From an uncultured Rhizobium sp. (lineage in GTDB: Bacteria; Pseudomonadota; Alphaproteobacteria; Micropepsales; Micropepsaceae): a stretch of DNA of 49,506 bases. The stretch spans positions 1-49,506 of the forward strand of contig CAZMHP010000002.1 in NCBI GenBank assembly GCA_964566095.1, written 5' to 3'. Under the pieces are notes generated by a model. The model had not been told where the DNA came from and did no database searches. It was given only the letters and a program-made list of their open reading frames with translations. The position numbers and the translations under genes were made by a program. Numbering within the stretch: position 1 is the first letter of the stretch; every line of letters begins with the position of its first letter. Below are positions 28,068-37,108 of the stretch, one piece after another.

Positions 28068-29698
28068 GTCGCCGTCGCGCTTTCTTTCGCGGCACGATAG
28101 CGCCGCAATGCGTCAGGCGTGTCGATGTCGACCAGCGGCGCGTCGTCTCCCGCCTCGACCTCGCAGACCAGTTCGCCGTATTGCTCCATCAGTTGACGTG
28201 CGCCAACATCGCCCTCGATCGCCAGCATTTCCGGGAAAAACCGCCGCGCCCACAGCACCGGATTGCCGCGCTGTCCGCCATGCGTCGCAACGCAGATCGC
28301 GCGCTCCTCGCCGGGGTCGAAGGCCGCGATCAGCTTGTCGATCAGGCCGGCGCCCACGCCCGGCATATCGCCCAGGAGGACAAGCGCCCCATCGCAGTTG
28401 GCGGGCAAGGCGTTGAGGCCGCACTTTAGCGACGCGCTCAAACCTTTTGAAAAATCGGGATTGTCGACGAATACCGGTGCCGGTGACACGAGCGCCTTGC
28501 GCACCGCAGCGCCCTCGTTTCCCGTCACCACGATGACGGGTGCCGCGGCACTGTGCATCGCCGCCTCAACGACATGGCGGATCAAGGGCTTGCCGCCCAC
28601 TTCTGCCACGAGCTTGTTGCTTCCCATGCGTGATGCTCTTCCGGCGGCGAGCACGATCGCGGCGACCCTAGGCAGGCGCGCCGGTTCAGCCGGCGGCTCG
28701 TCGCGCGGCTGCGGCCGCGACGGGATTTCGGTCAGGAGACCGCCCACACCCATCGCGGCCAGCGCATTGCGGTCGACCGGGAGCCCGGCCAGCACCCGCC
28801 ACAGCACGAAGTCGAAGCCGTTGAGCTTGGGCGACCGGGCGCAACTCGGCAGGCCGATGACGGTCCTCGTCCCGAGGCGGCCGAGCAGCAGCAGATTGCC
28901 GGGATCGACCGGCATCCCGAAATGGACGATCTCGCCCCCGGCGGCGGCGATTGCCGCCGGGATGACGTCGCGGCGATCGGTGATGGCGCTGGCGCCGAAA
29001 ACAAGGATCGGATCGGCGCCGCCGGCGGCCGCTTCGCCAAGGGCCTTGGCCAAGGCGGCGGTCTGATGCGGGACGCGAAGCTCGGCGACAAGACTCGAAC
29101 CCAGCGCCGTCAACCTCTGTTCGATGGCCAGCCGGTTCTTGTCGAGCAATGACGGCCTGGTATCGGGCAGGAATGTTGAGATCAGCGAAGCGCCATGCGG
29201 CGCGAATGCCGTTACCGTCACCGCCGGCGCGTGGTGGCGCAGCGCCCGCTCGGCCGCTTCGACCGCGGGCGCGGGTGCCGCGAATGGAATGATCTTGATC
29301 GTCGCGATCATCTGGCCCTTCGCGACCTTCGCGAAGGGCGGTAGCGTCGCGACGGTGATCGCCTCGTGAATGCGATTGGCCGCTTCGATCGCCGGGGCTT
29401 CGATCCGCGCCAACCCATCGGCCTCGGCGTAGAGATTGACGCGGCCGGTGAACGCCGCCCCGATGCGCATGCCTGCGCCGCTCGCCGCCCCCGCGATGCG
29501 CGCCGCCGCCTCATCTTCTGCGACGTCTCCGTCTTCCAGTCTTGCGACCACGACCGAGGCAATGCCCGAGGCGGCGAGCGCGGCGATGTCGCGGTCCGAC
29601 AGGACGCGCCCCTTCTTGAAGCGTGCCGCGCCCAGGCGCACGCCATGCGCCAGGATCGCGCCCAACGCATCCGCCGTGGAAACCGTGCCGAAGATCAT
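28064..29698 (-). CDS. MoeA-like molybdopterin-binding domain fused to MocA-like nucleotidyltransferase
   Basis: GMPVDPGNLLLLG, GLPSCARSPK; second domain IVLAAGRASRMGSNKL, LGDMP, GNPVLW, GDVGAR, DIDTP. Confidence 0.9.
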   Translation of the reverse strand: MIFGTVSTADALGAILAHGVRLGAARFKKGRVLSDRDIAALAASGIASVVVARLEDGDVAEDEAAARIAGAASGAGMRIGAAFTGRVNLYAEADGLARIEAPAIEAANRIHEAITVATLPPFAKVAKGQMIATIKIIPFAAPAPAVEAAERALRHHAPAVTVTAFAPHGASLISTFLPDTRPSLLDKNRLAIEQRLTALGSSLVAELRVPHQTAALAKALGEAAAGGADPILVFGASAITDRRDVIPAAIAAAGGEIVHFGMPVDPGNLLLLGRLGTRTVIGLPSCARSPKLNGFDFVLWRVLAGLPVDRNALAAMGVGGLLTEIPSRPQPRDEPPAEPARLPRVAAIVLAAGRASRMGSNKLVAEVGGKPLIRHVVEAAMHSAAAPVIVVTGNEGAAVRKALVSPAPVFVDNPDFSKGLSASLKCGLNALPANCDGALVLLGDMPGVGAGLIDKLIAAFDPGEERAICVATHGGQRGNPVLWARRFFPEMLAIEGDVGARQLMEQYGELVCEVEAGDDAPLVDIDTPDALRRYRAAKESATAT

Positions 29699-29753
29699 GC
29701 GCGAATTCTAAAGCGCTTTTGCGCCGCACACACCTGTCACGTGACGCCGGGGT

Positions 29754-31118
29754 CTAGGCGGGTTGATGGGCCGGCATCGGTTCCCGCGGCAGGCTCAGCC
29801 GGGCGCGCAGGCCGCCGCCCTCGCGATTCTCCAGCGAGACGCCGCCGCCGTGCCCCTCGGCGATCGCCTTGACCAGCGTCAGCCCCAGTCCCGTGCCGCC
29901 CGTTTCGTTGTTGCGTGACCCCTCCAACCGGACGAAAGGCTCGAACACCCGCGTTTTATCGCCTTCGGGAATGCCCGGTCCCTCGTCGTCGACGAGGATT
30001 TCAAAAGCCGCGGGCGTCTCGTTGATCTGCACGTCGGCGCGGCGGCCATAGGTGACCGCATTCTCGACCAGGTTGCGCACCGCGCGCCGGATCTCGTCCG
30101 GCCGGCAGGACAACGGAGCCGGGTTGTGTCCTTGCCAGCTCACCGGCTCGCCGAGATCGTCGAGATCCGCGCAAACGCTTTCGACCAAGGCCGACAGATC
30201 GACATTGCGCTTGGATTCGCCGCCGGCACCGCGCGCCGCGGACAGCACCGATTCGGTGAGGGCTTGAAGCTCCGCCAAATTGGCCGCCAGCCGATCGCGC
30301 AGTTCCTCGTCGGCGACGAATTCCAGATTGATCCGCATGGCGGTGATCGGCGTGCGCAGATCGTGGCCCACCGCCGAAAGAAGCTGGCGCTGGCTTTCCA
30401 GTGTGCGCGATACCCGATCGGTCATGGCGTTGAACGCGATGGCGGCGTTGCGAACGTCGTCGGGACCTTCTTCGGGCACGCGCGGTGCCTTGCCGCCGCC
30501 CGCCGCCACCGACGCGGCCGAGGCCAGCGCGGTCAACGGATAGGCCACGCGGCTTGAGATATAGGCGGCCGCGGCGGAGGCGACGACGATCGCCACGCAC
30601 GCCGCGACGATGATCTCCGTCGGCCAGGGCGGCGGCGGCTGGCGATAGAAGGTCGCGACCAGCTGCGTTCCGCGCACCACCGGCACCGTGAACTGAATCG
30701 CCTGGCCCGGCGGGCGATGCGGCCGCGCGCGGCCATCCTCGGGCGGCGCGCCGATGACGTATTTGACCGACACGGGTAGATTTGCCTTGTCGTCCGGCAA
30801 CAGGCCGCGCAGCCGCTGTGCGAGTTTGTTCTCCTCGTCGCTCATCGGCAGCGGCACCGCTTTGCCGTGCACCAGCACGAAATTCCAGAAGCCCGAACTC
30901 AACGCCGACGCCGCGCTTTGGCGTGCCTTGGCGGGAATGGCGGCCAGCAGAGTCGACGTCGAGGCGCTGCGGTCGATCAGCCTTTCGGTCAGATCGCTTT
31001 CGCTCTGTTGCGCCTTGCCGAACTGAAACCACGCGGCGACGCCGAGATTGGAAATCAGCACGGCCGCCGCCGTCACCAGGATGAGCTGAGCGCCCAGCGT
31101 GCGCGGCCACAATCTCAC
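29754..31118 (-). CDS. Membrane sensor histidine kinase (HAMP-HisKA-HATPase)
   Basis: Two TM segments, AVGHDLRTPIT, NLVENA, DEGPGI, FEPFVR, GTGLGL; GTG start at 31118 inferred. Confidence 0.93.
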   Translation of the reverse strand: MRLWPRTLGAQLILVTAAAVLISNLGVAAWFQFGKAQQSESDLTERLIDRSASTSTLLAAIPAKARQSAASALSSGFWNFVLVHGKAVPLPMSDEENKLAQRLRGLLPDDKANLPVSVKYVIGAPPEDGRARPHRPPGQAIQFTVPVVRGTQLVATFYRQPPPPWPTEIIVAACVAIVVASAAAAYISSRVAYPLTALASAASVAAGGGKAPRVPEEGPDDVRNAAIAFNAMTDRVSRTLESQRQLLSAVGHDLRTPITAMRINLEFVADEELRDRLAANLAELQALTESVLSAARGAGGESKRNVDLSALVESVCADLDDLGEPVSWQGHNPAPLSCRPDEIRRAVRNLVENAVTYGRRADVQINETPAAFEILVDDEGPGIPEGDKTRVFEPFVRLEGSRNNETGGTGLGLTLVKAIAEGHGGGVSLENREGGGLRARLSLPREPMPAHQPA

Positions 31119-31131
31119 GACGAAAATCCGC

Positions 31132-31860
31132 TCATTGAACCTGCGGGTCCATCGCAAATATATAGCCCCCGCCCCACACGGTTTTAATATAGCGCGGATT
31201 CTTGGGGTCGGGTTCGATCTTCTTGCGCAGCCGGCTGACATGGTTGTCGATCGAGCGGTCGAACAGATCGGCATCGCGGCCCTTGGTGAGATCGAGCAGC
31301 TGATTGCGCGTCAGGGCGATCTTGGGCCGCTCCAACAGCGCGGTGAGCAGACGGAATTCGCCGCTCGACAAGGGCAGGGCGACGCCGTCCGCCCCGATCA
31401 GCTCGCGCTGTCCCGTATCCAGCATCCAGTCGCCGAAGCGGATCCGCTCGGCCACCGGAGGCTTCTGGCGGGGCGGCAGAGCCTGGGTGCGGCGAAGCAC
31501 GGCGGCGACGCGCGCGATCAGCTCGCGGGGCGAGAAGGGCTTGGGGATGTAGTCGTCGGCGCCCATTTCGAGCCCGATGATGCGGTCGACCTCCTCGCCG
31601 CGCGCGGTGAGCAGAATGACCGGGATCTGCGACGTCTCGCGGATGGAACGGCAGAGCGACAGCCCATCCTCGCCCGGCATCATGATGTCGAGCACGACCA
31701 GATCGATGGCCGAACCCTTCATCACCCGGCGCGCCGCGATGGCGTCCGCGGCCGTGGTGGCGCGATAGCCCTGATCGCGCAGATAGCGCGCCAAGGGCTC
31801 GCGGATGTCGCGCGCGTCCTCGACCACTAGGACGTGCGGCTTTGTCTCCTCTTTGATCAT
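31132..31860 (-). CDS. OmpR-family response regulator
   Basis: VLVVED, LDIMMPGEDGL, GADDYIPKPF, FDRSIDNHVSRLRKKIE, IKTVWGGGY. Confidence 0.95.
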   Translation of the reverse strand: MIKEETKPHVLVVEDARDIREPLARYLRDQGYRATTAADAIAARRVMKGSAIDLVVLDIMMPGEDGLSLCRSIRETSQIPVILLTARGEEVDRIIGLEMGADDYIPKPFSPRELIARVAAVLRRTQALPPRQKPPVAERIRFGDWMLDTGQRELIGADGVALPLSSGEFRLLTALLERPKIALTRNQLLDLTKGRDADLFDRSIDNHVSRLRKKIEPDPKNPRYIKTVWGGGYIFAMDPQVQ

Positions 31861-31887
31861 GGGTGGAATGTGAGCTTTCGCGGTTCG

Positions 31888-31921
31888 GCCTGCAAACCCG
31901 GGCTTGCCAAAGTTTGCAGGC
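31888..31921. promoter_or_regulatory. 10-bp inverted repeat in the divergent regulator/EF-hand promoter region
   Basis: GCCTGCAAAC-N14-GTTTGCAGGC. Confidence 0.45.
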
Positions 31922-32017
31922 GTCACCCGGCCGCCATACTTTGCGACGATCACGTTTTGTTCCGGTACAGTTCCGCGATAGCCGTCCGCGTAGCTTGCGG
32001 CCCCGAGATCTGGAGAT

Positions 32018-33025
32018 ATGCCTATGAACCGGAACACCAAGATTGCCCTTCTGCTCGGCGCGGCGGTCGTCATCGGCGGCTCGACGCTGGCATTCGCGCA
32101 TATGGATGGTCCGCCGCCGCCCGACGGTCCGATGCAGGGTCTGCTGCACCGGGGGCGGCTCGCCGACCGCCTGCTGGCGGAGTACGACACCAACAAGGAC
32201 GGCAAGATCACCAAGGCCGAGTACAACAGCGTCCTCGGAACGCGCTTCGCCCAGGCCACCCATGGCGGCAAGTTCATGGGCGAGGATCAATTCGTCGCCA
32301 TCCATCAGGGCGAATTCCAGCAGCACGCCGCCGAGATGTTCCATCGCATCGACTGGAACGGCGACGGCCGGCTCACGCTGGAGGAGTTCGAGGCACCGCA
32401 ACGCGCCCATTTCCAGATGATGGACCACGACGGCACCGGCACGGTGTCGTGCAATCCCGTCATGCATGCCGATTTTCGGCCGCCTCCGCCCGATAACCAG
32501 CCCTCCGGCGACCAGGATCGCGGCGGCTGGCATGGCCATCGCGATCATGGGGGCGCCGGCGGTTGGGGACATCGCGGCTTCGGCGGACATGGCTTTGGCG
32601 GACGCGGCGGCTTCGGCCGCGCGGCGTTCTGCGGCGATGCCGACATGAGCCGCGACGGCAAGGTCACCCGCGCCGAATTCGACACCATCATGAACAAGCA
32701 TTTCGCCGGCGCCACCGGCGGCGCACCGTTCATGACATTGCCGCAGTTCACCGCGGACCTTGGCGTGCATTATCGCGAGATGAACGACAAGATGTTCAAG
32801 CGCCTCGACAAGGACGGCGACGGCAAGCTGTCCATGGCGGAATTCTCCGCTCCGCCGCTCAAATTGTTTGCGCGGCTCGATCGCAACAATGACGGCGTGA
32901 TCACTGCCGACGAGATGAAACCGCATTTCCACGGCGGCGGAGGCTGGGGACGAGGACACGGCGACTGGCAGCGCGGCCACGGCGGCGGCCAGAACAGCGA
33001 CCGTAACGACGATCGCGACAACTAA
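32018..33025 (+). CDS. Secreted multi-EF-hand protein with Gly/His/Arg-rich linkers
   Basis: Signal peptide; loops DTNKDGKITKAE, DWNGDGRLTLEE, DHDGTGTVS, DMSRDGKVTRAE, DKDGDGKLSMAE, DRNNDGVITADE. Confidence 0.9.
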   Translation: MPMNRNTKIALLLGAAVVIGGSTLAFAHMDGPPPPDGPMQGLLHRGRLADRLLAEYDTNKDGKITKAEYNSVLGTRFAQATHGGKFMGEDQFVAIHQGEFQQHAAEMFHRIDWNGDGRLTLEEFEAPQRAHFQMMDHDGTGTVSCNPVMHADFRPPPPDNQPSGDQDRGGWHGHRDHGGAGGWGHRGFGGHGFGGRGGFGRAAFCGDADMSRDGKVTRAEFDTIMNKHFAGATGGAPFMTLPQFTADLGVHYREMNDKMFKRLDKDGDGKLSMAEFSAPPLKLFARLDRNNDGVITADEMKPHFHGGGGWGRGHGDWQRGHGGGQNSDRNDDRDN

Positions 33026-33036
33026 CTAACTCACTT

Positions 33037-33074
33037 CGTCATGGCCGGCCTCGTGCCGGCCATGACGTTTTTTT
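33037..33074 (+). terminator. Terminator formed by a GTCATGGCC-family REP-like hairpin (copy 2)
   Basis: CGTCATGGCCGGC-CTCGT-GCCGGCCATGACG followed by T7. Confidence 0.85.
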
Positions 33075-33081
33075 GAAATCA

Positions 33082-33777
33082 CTACGATTGTGTCCTATCC
33101 CGCTTCCCACCTCTCAGCACCAGCGTCATCTCGGCCAGGATCGACACCGCGATCTCGGCCGGGCTGCGCGCGCCGATGTCCAGACCGACCGGGCCATGGA
33201 TGCGCGCGAGGGCTGTGTCGTCGAAGCCGGCCGCCTTCATTCGCGCGGTCCGCGCGGCCTGCGTCTTCTTCGAGCCCAGCGTGCCGATGTAGAAACAGTC
33301 GGATTTCAGCGCCGCGATCAGTCCCGGATCGTCGATCTTGGGATCGTGGCTCAGGAACACGATGGCGCTGCGCGGCCCCAGCGGCGTCTTGACCAGCGCT
33401 TCGTCCGGCCAATCGTGCGACAGCGCGGCGTCGGGAAAGCGTGCCGGCGTCGCAAACGCGGTGCGCGGATCGATGATGCGCACGCCATAGCCGGTCTCGC
33501 GCGCCATCGCGACCAGCGGCTGCGCGATGTGCACCGCACCTATGATCACAAGATCGAGCGGCGGATTGTAGACCGAGAGGAACCAGCTGCGTCCGTCGAT
33601 CTGCGCCGGCCCGCTGGTATCGGCGCGCGCCGCGCCGGAAGCGGCTTGGCCGAGCGCCGACACATCGGTCGCCGGATCGATCAGCACATCATCGCCGGTC
33701 TCCAGATCGGTCGCGCGCACGATGGCGTGCCCCGCTCGGCGGGAAGCGCTGATGGCTTGGAGGGTTTCGCGCTTCAT
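33082..33777 (-). CDS. XdhC/CoxF family protein, C-terminal-type
   Basis: IIGAVHIAQPL, IDPRTAFA, HDPKIDD, YIGTLGS, IHGPVGLDIGARSPAEIA. Confidence 0.92.
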   Translation of the reverse strand: MKRETLQAISASRRAGHAIVRATDLETGDDVLIDPATDVSALGQAASGAARADTSGPAQIDGRSWFLSVYNPPLDLVIIGAVHIAQPLVAMARETGYGVRIIDPRTAFATPARFPDAALSHDWPDEALVKTPLGPRSAIVFLSHDPKIDDPGLIAALKSDCFYIGTLGSKKTQAARTARMKAAGFDDTALARIHGPVGLDIGARSPAEIAVSILAEMTLVLRGGKRDRTQS

Positions 33778-33780
33778 GAA

Positions 33781-33852
33781 TCCTCATGCTTCGACAGGCT
33801 CAGCATGAGGACTATAGCAAAACCCTCGTCCTGAGCTTGTCGAAGGACGGGG
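33781..33852. repeat. Inverted REP doublet (CTTCGACA.GCTCAG family), copy 2
   Basis: TCCTCATGCTTCGACAGGCTCAGCATGAGGA ... CCCTCGTCCTGAGCTTGTCGAAGGACGGGG. Confidence 0.85.
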
Positions 33853-33855
33853 ATG

Positions 33856-34182
33856 CTAGGCCACCGGTTCGACGAAGATCTCGATGCGCCCGCCGCAGGC
33901 CAGTCCCACCGACCATGCGGTCTCGTCGCTGACGCCGAATTCGAGGTTGCGCACCTTGCCGTCCTTGAGCGAGGCAAGCGCCTCTTCGACCACGGCACCC
34001 TCGATGCAGCCGCCCGACACCGAGCCGACGAAGGCCCCGTCGTCGCGGATCGCGATCTGGCTGCCGGCCTGGCGCGGCGCCGAACCCCAGGTCTTGACCA
34101 CGGTGCCGAGCGCCACTTTGCGGCCCTCGCCCAGCCAGCGTTCCGCCGCCGTCAATACGTCTTGATCGCCCACGCCGCTCAT
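33856..34182 (-). CDS. XdhC/CoxI family protein, N-terminal-type
   Basis: GTVVKTWGSAPR, GSVSGGCIEG, VGLACGGRI. Confidence 0.92.
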   Translation of the reverse strand: MSGVGDQDVLTAAERWLGEGRKVALGTVVKTWGSAPRQAGSQIAIRDDGAFVGSVSGGCIEGAVVEEALASLKDGKVRNLEFGVSDETAWSVGLACGGRIEIFVEPVA

Positions 34183-34982
34183 GCGGCGTCCGCCACCGCG
34201 CGCTTGGTCATCACCGTCACCAGATTGGCGCGGTATTCGGCCGAACCGTGGATGTCGGAGTTGAGGTTGCTCGCATCGACCGCGATCTTGGCCACCGCGT
34301 CGGGCGTGAAGGTCTTGGCCAGCGCCGCCTCCATCGCCGGAACGCGGAACACGCAAGGCGCCGCGCCGGTGATCGCGACGCGGATGCCGCCGTCCTTCAG
34401 CTTGGCGACGAAGGCGCCGGTCATCGCATAGCGCGATGCCGGATTGGCGAATTTCTTGTAGGCGGCCTTCGCCGGCACGGGAAAGGAGATCTCCGTGATG
34501 ATCTCGCCGTCTTCGAGCGCGGTGGTGAACATGCCCTGGAAGAAATCGTCCGCCGCGATGGCGCGCCGGCTCGTCTTGATCGTGGCGCCCAGGCCGAGCA
34601 CGGCCGCCGGATAATCCGCCGCCGGATCGTTGTTCGCCACCGAGCCGCCGACCGTGCCCTTGTGGCGCACCGCCGGATCGCCGATCACGGACGCCAGATG
34701 CGCCAGCGCCGGTATCGCCTTGGCGACCTCCTTCGAACTCGCCACCTCGTAATGCGTCGTCGCCGCGCCGATCACGACGGCATCGCCGGTGACGCGGATA
34801 TAGTTCAATTCCTTGATGCCCGAGATGTCGATGAGATCGGACGGTTGGGCCAGCCGCATTTTCATCGCCGCGATCAGCGTCTGCCCGCCGGCCAGAAGCT
34901 TCGCCTCCGGCGACGTCTTCAGCAGCGCCTCGGCATCGGCGACGGATTTCGCGCGCTTGTAGTTGAAGGGATAGGTGATCAT
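34179..34982 (-). CDS. Xanthine dehydrogenase/CODH-family FAD-binding medium subunit (CoxM-like)
   Basis: [42 protein letters not shown]. Confidence 0.94.
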   Translation of the reverse strand: MITYPFNYKRAKSVADAEALLKTSPEAKLLAGGQTLIAAMKMRLAQPSDLIDISGIKELNYIRVTGDAVVIGAATTHYEVASSKEVAKAIPALAHLASVIGDPAVRHKGTVGGSVANNDPAADYPAAVLGLGATIKTSRRAIAADDFFQGMFTTALEDGEIITEISFPVPAKAAYKKFANPASRYAMTGAFVAKLKDGGIRVAITGAAPCVFRVPAMEAALAKTFTPDAVAKIAVDASNLNSDIHGSAEYRANLVTVMTKRAVADAA

Positions 34983-35461
34983 GCCGCCTTCTCCCCCGCC
35001 GTCATGCGCTTGGACGCGTCTTCGATCGCCGAGACGATGTTCACATAGCCGGTGCAGCGGCAGATATTGCCTTCGAGCTCGTGACGGATCGTCTCGCGAT
35101 CCATCGCGCCGTTGCGCCGGATCATGTCGACCGCGGTCATGATCATGCCCGGCGTGCAGAAGCCGCATTGCAGTCCGTGATTGTCGCGGAACGCCTCCTG
35201 CACCGGATGCAGCTTGCCGTCCTTGGCGAGGCCCTCGATGGTGGCAACCTGCGATCCTTCCGCCTGCACCGCGAACATGGTGCAGGATTTCACCGCCTTG
35301 CCGTCGACATGCACCACGCAGGCGCCGCACTGGCTGGTATCGCAGCCGATATGGGTGCCGGTCAGCCTCAGCTGCTCGCGCAGAAAATAGACGAGCAGGG
35401 TCCGGTCTTCGGTCTCGGCCGAGACCTGCTTTCCGTTCACCGTCATGGAGACAACGGCCAT
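34979..35461 (-). CDS. (2Fe-2S)-binding small subunit (CoxS-like)
   Basis: [29 protein letters not shown]. Confidence 0.96.
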   Translation of the reverse strand: MAVVSMTVNGKQVSAETEDRTLLVYFLREQLRLTGTHIGCDTSQCGACVVHVDGKAVKSCTMFAVQAEGSQVATIEGLAKDGKLHPVQEAFRDNHGLQCGFCTPGMIMTAVDMIRRNGAMDRETIRHELEGNICRCTGYVNIVSAIEDASKRMTAGEKAA

Positions 35462-35526
35462 GGCAATACCTCGGTTGGTGGCGAATAGGGGGAGTCTTCC
35501 GCGCCGGGGGCGGCGGCGTCAAGCGC

Positions 35527-35535
35527 TGCTATACT
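35527..35535 (+). promoter_or_regulatory. Putative extended -10 promoter of the tautomerase gene
   Basis: TG-C-TATACT, 22 nt before the ATG; AGGAG SD follows. Confidence 0.45.
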
Positions 35536-35557
35536 GCCCCCAAGACAGGAGCGACAT

Positions 35558-35860
35558 ATGCCATTCGTCACGGTTCACATCGCCGCCGGCCGGCCTCTCG
35601 AAAAGCGCCGCCGGCTCGCGGCCGCCATCACCGACGCGGTGACCGAGATTCTCGAGCTGGATCGCGGCGCCACCCAGGTCTTGATCCAGGAACACGATCG
35701 CGACAATTGGGCGATCGGCGGCGAATTGCTGAGCGAGCGGCGCCCGGCGCCGGCCGACGGCTTGCCCGACCTCGATTCGCTGTTCAAGAAGCCGGCGGAG
35801 AAGCCGCCGCTCAAGTCAGCAGTGCGAAAATCAGCAGCAAAAGCGCGATCCCGCCGATAA
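35558..35860 (+). CDS. 4-oxalocrotonate tautomerase family protein with basic C-terminal extension
   Basis: Pro after Met, GRPLEKRRRL, VLIQE..NWAIGG. Confidence 0.85.
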   Translation: MPFVTVHIAAGRPLEKRRRLAAAITDAVTEILELDRGATQVLIQEHDRDNWAIGGELLSERRPAPADGLPDLDSLFKKPAEKPPLKSAVRKSAAKARSRR

Positions 35861-36410
35861 GGCCTCCCACCCAGATCACAGGCGGTAGGCCGGTGCGGGC
35901 GGTATCGGCAGGCGCCGCCGCGGCAATCGCCTGGGTCGCTTCGACCTCGGGATCGGGCGTCAGCACCGGTGCGGTGTCGAGCGCGGCCGCGAACCGCTTG
36001 AAGAAATCGTCGGCGATCTGCTTGGCCGCACCGTCGATCAGCCTTTGGCCGATCTGCGCCAGCTTGCCGCCCACCGCCGCCTTGGCGGTATAGATCAGCA
36101 CCGTGCCCTCGCCGTCGGGCTCCAGCACGACCTGTGCGTCCCCCTTCGCGAAGCCGGCAACGCCGCCTTGGCCTTCGCCGCTCAGCTTGCAACTGTGCGG
36201 CGGATCGAGGTCGGAAAGATGCACCTTGCCTTTGAACGTCGCGCTCACCGGACCGATCTTCAGCCGCGCGGTGGCGACGAATTCGTTCGGGCTGGTCTTG
36301 TCGAGCTGTTCGCAGCCCGGGATGCAAGCCTTGAGGATCGCCGGATCGTTGATCCCCTCCCATACCCTTTGCGGCGACGCGGTAATTTTGTAACGGCCGG
36401 TGAAGTCCAT
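35811..36410 (-). CDS. CoxG/SRPBCC family protein with C-terminal membrane anchor
   Basis: NDPAILKACIPGC, KIGPV, GEGQGGVAGFAKG, VGGKLAQIGQRLID. Confidence 0.92.
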   Translation of the reverse strand: MDFTGRYKITASPQRVWEGINDPAILKACIPGCEQLDKTSPNEFVATARLKIGPVSATFKGKVHLSDLDPPHSCKLSGEGQGGVAGFAKGDAQVVLEPDGEGTVLIYTAKAAVGGKLAQIGQRLIDGAAKQIADDFFKRFAAALDTAPVLTPDPEVEATQAIAAAAPADTARTGLPPVIWVGGLIGGIALLLLIFALLT

Positions 36411-36551
36411 CCTCGTCTCATCCTTGCGTCAACGTCATGGCAGGCGCCCCGCCATCCCTCAAATGGGGGGGTAGGCGGGCGTTGCGCCGGCATGAGAACT
36501 TCAACCCGGGCGCGTGTTGCCCGCGTAACAGCATCAGGCATGGGGCATATC

Positions 36552-37082
36552 ATGGTAATGGCGGCGACGGTTACCCCGGAAGGGCCAAGCCTGGAAGTCA
36601 TGGGGCTCGTCAAATGGTTCGACCTCAACAAGGGTTACGGCTTCATTCGGCCCTCGGGCGGCGTTGAGGGCGACATCCTGCTGCACCAGACCTGCGTGCG
36701 GCAGTCCGGCTTCAAAGCGGCCTATGAGGGTGCTCGGGTGGTCTGCGAGGCGGTTCAGGGCCCGCGGGGGTTGCAGGCCCGCCGGCTCATTTCGCTCGAC
36801 AATTCGACCGCCCAGCCGGTGCCGCCGACCAGCCCGCGGCCCGCGCGCCATGTCGCCGAGCCGGACGGCGAGGCTTTCGAAGCCACGGTGAAGTGGTTCA
36901 ATCGCGGCAAGGGCTACGGCTTCGTATCGCGCGGCCCCAACACGCCGGACGTCTTCGTGCATATGGAGACCCTGCGCCGCTCGGGCATCCGCGAGCTGCG
37001 CCAGGGCCAGCGGGTCCAGGTGCGCACCGGCGCCGGACCCAAGGGCGAGCTTGCAGCCGAGGTCACTCTCATCGATCCTTGA
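36552..37082 (+). CDS. Tandem two-domain cold-shock protein
   Basis: VKWFDLNKGYGFI...DILLH and VKWFNRGKGYGFV...DVFVH (start could be 36540, 36552 or 36558). Confidence 0.92.
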   Translation: MVMAATVTPEGPSLEVMGLVKWFDLNKGYGFIRPSGGVEGDILLHQTCVRQSGFKAAYEGARVVCEAVQGPRGLQARRLISLDNSTAQPVPPTSPRPARHVAEPDGEAFEATVKWFNRGKGYGFVSRGPNTPDVFVHMETLRRSGIRELRQGQRVQVRTGAGPKGELAAEVTLIDP

Positions 37083-37108
37083 GCGCGTAGCTCAAGCCCG
37101 GTTGCCCG

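Noticed and set aside
32018-33025. Lanmodulin call for the EF-hand protein
   Set aside because: Loops lack the position-2 Pro typical of LanM, and the protein is much longer
33082-34182. xdhC as a pseudogene broken by the repeat
   Set aside because: Both halves have their own starts and stops and intact motifs, and two-gene XdhC arrangements are common
34179-36410. Genuine aerobic CO dehydrogenase
   Set aside because: No large subunit in the window, so the diagnostic active-site motif cannot be checked; gene symbols withheld
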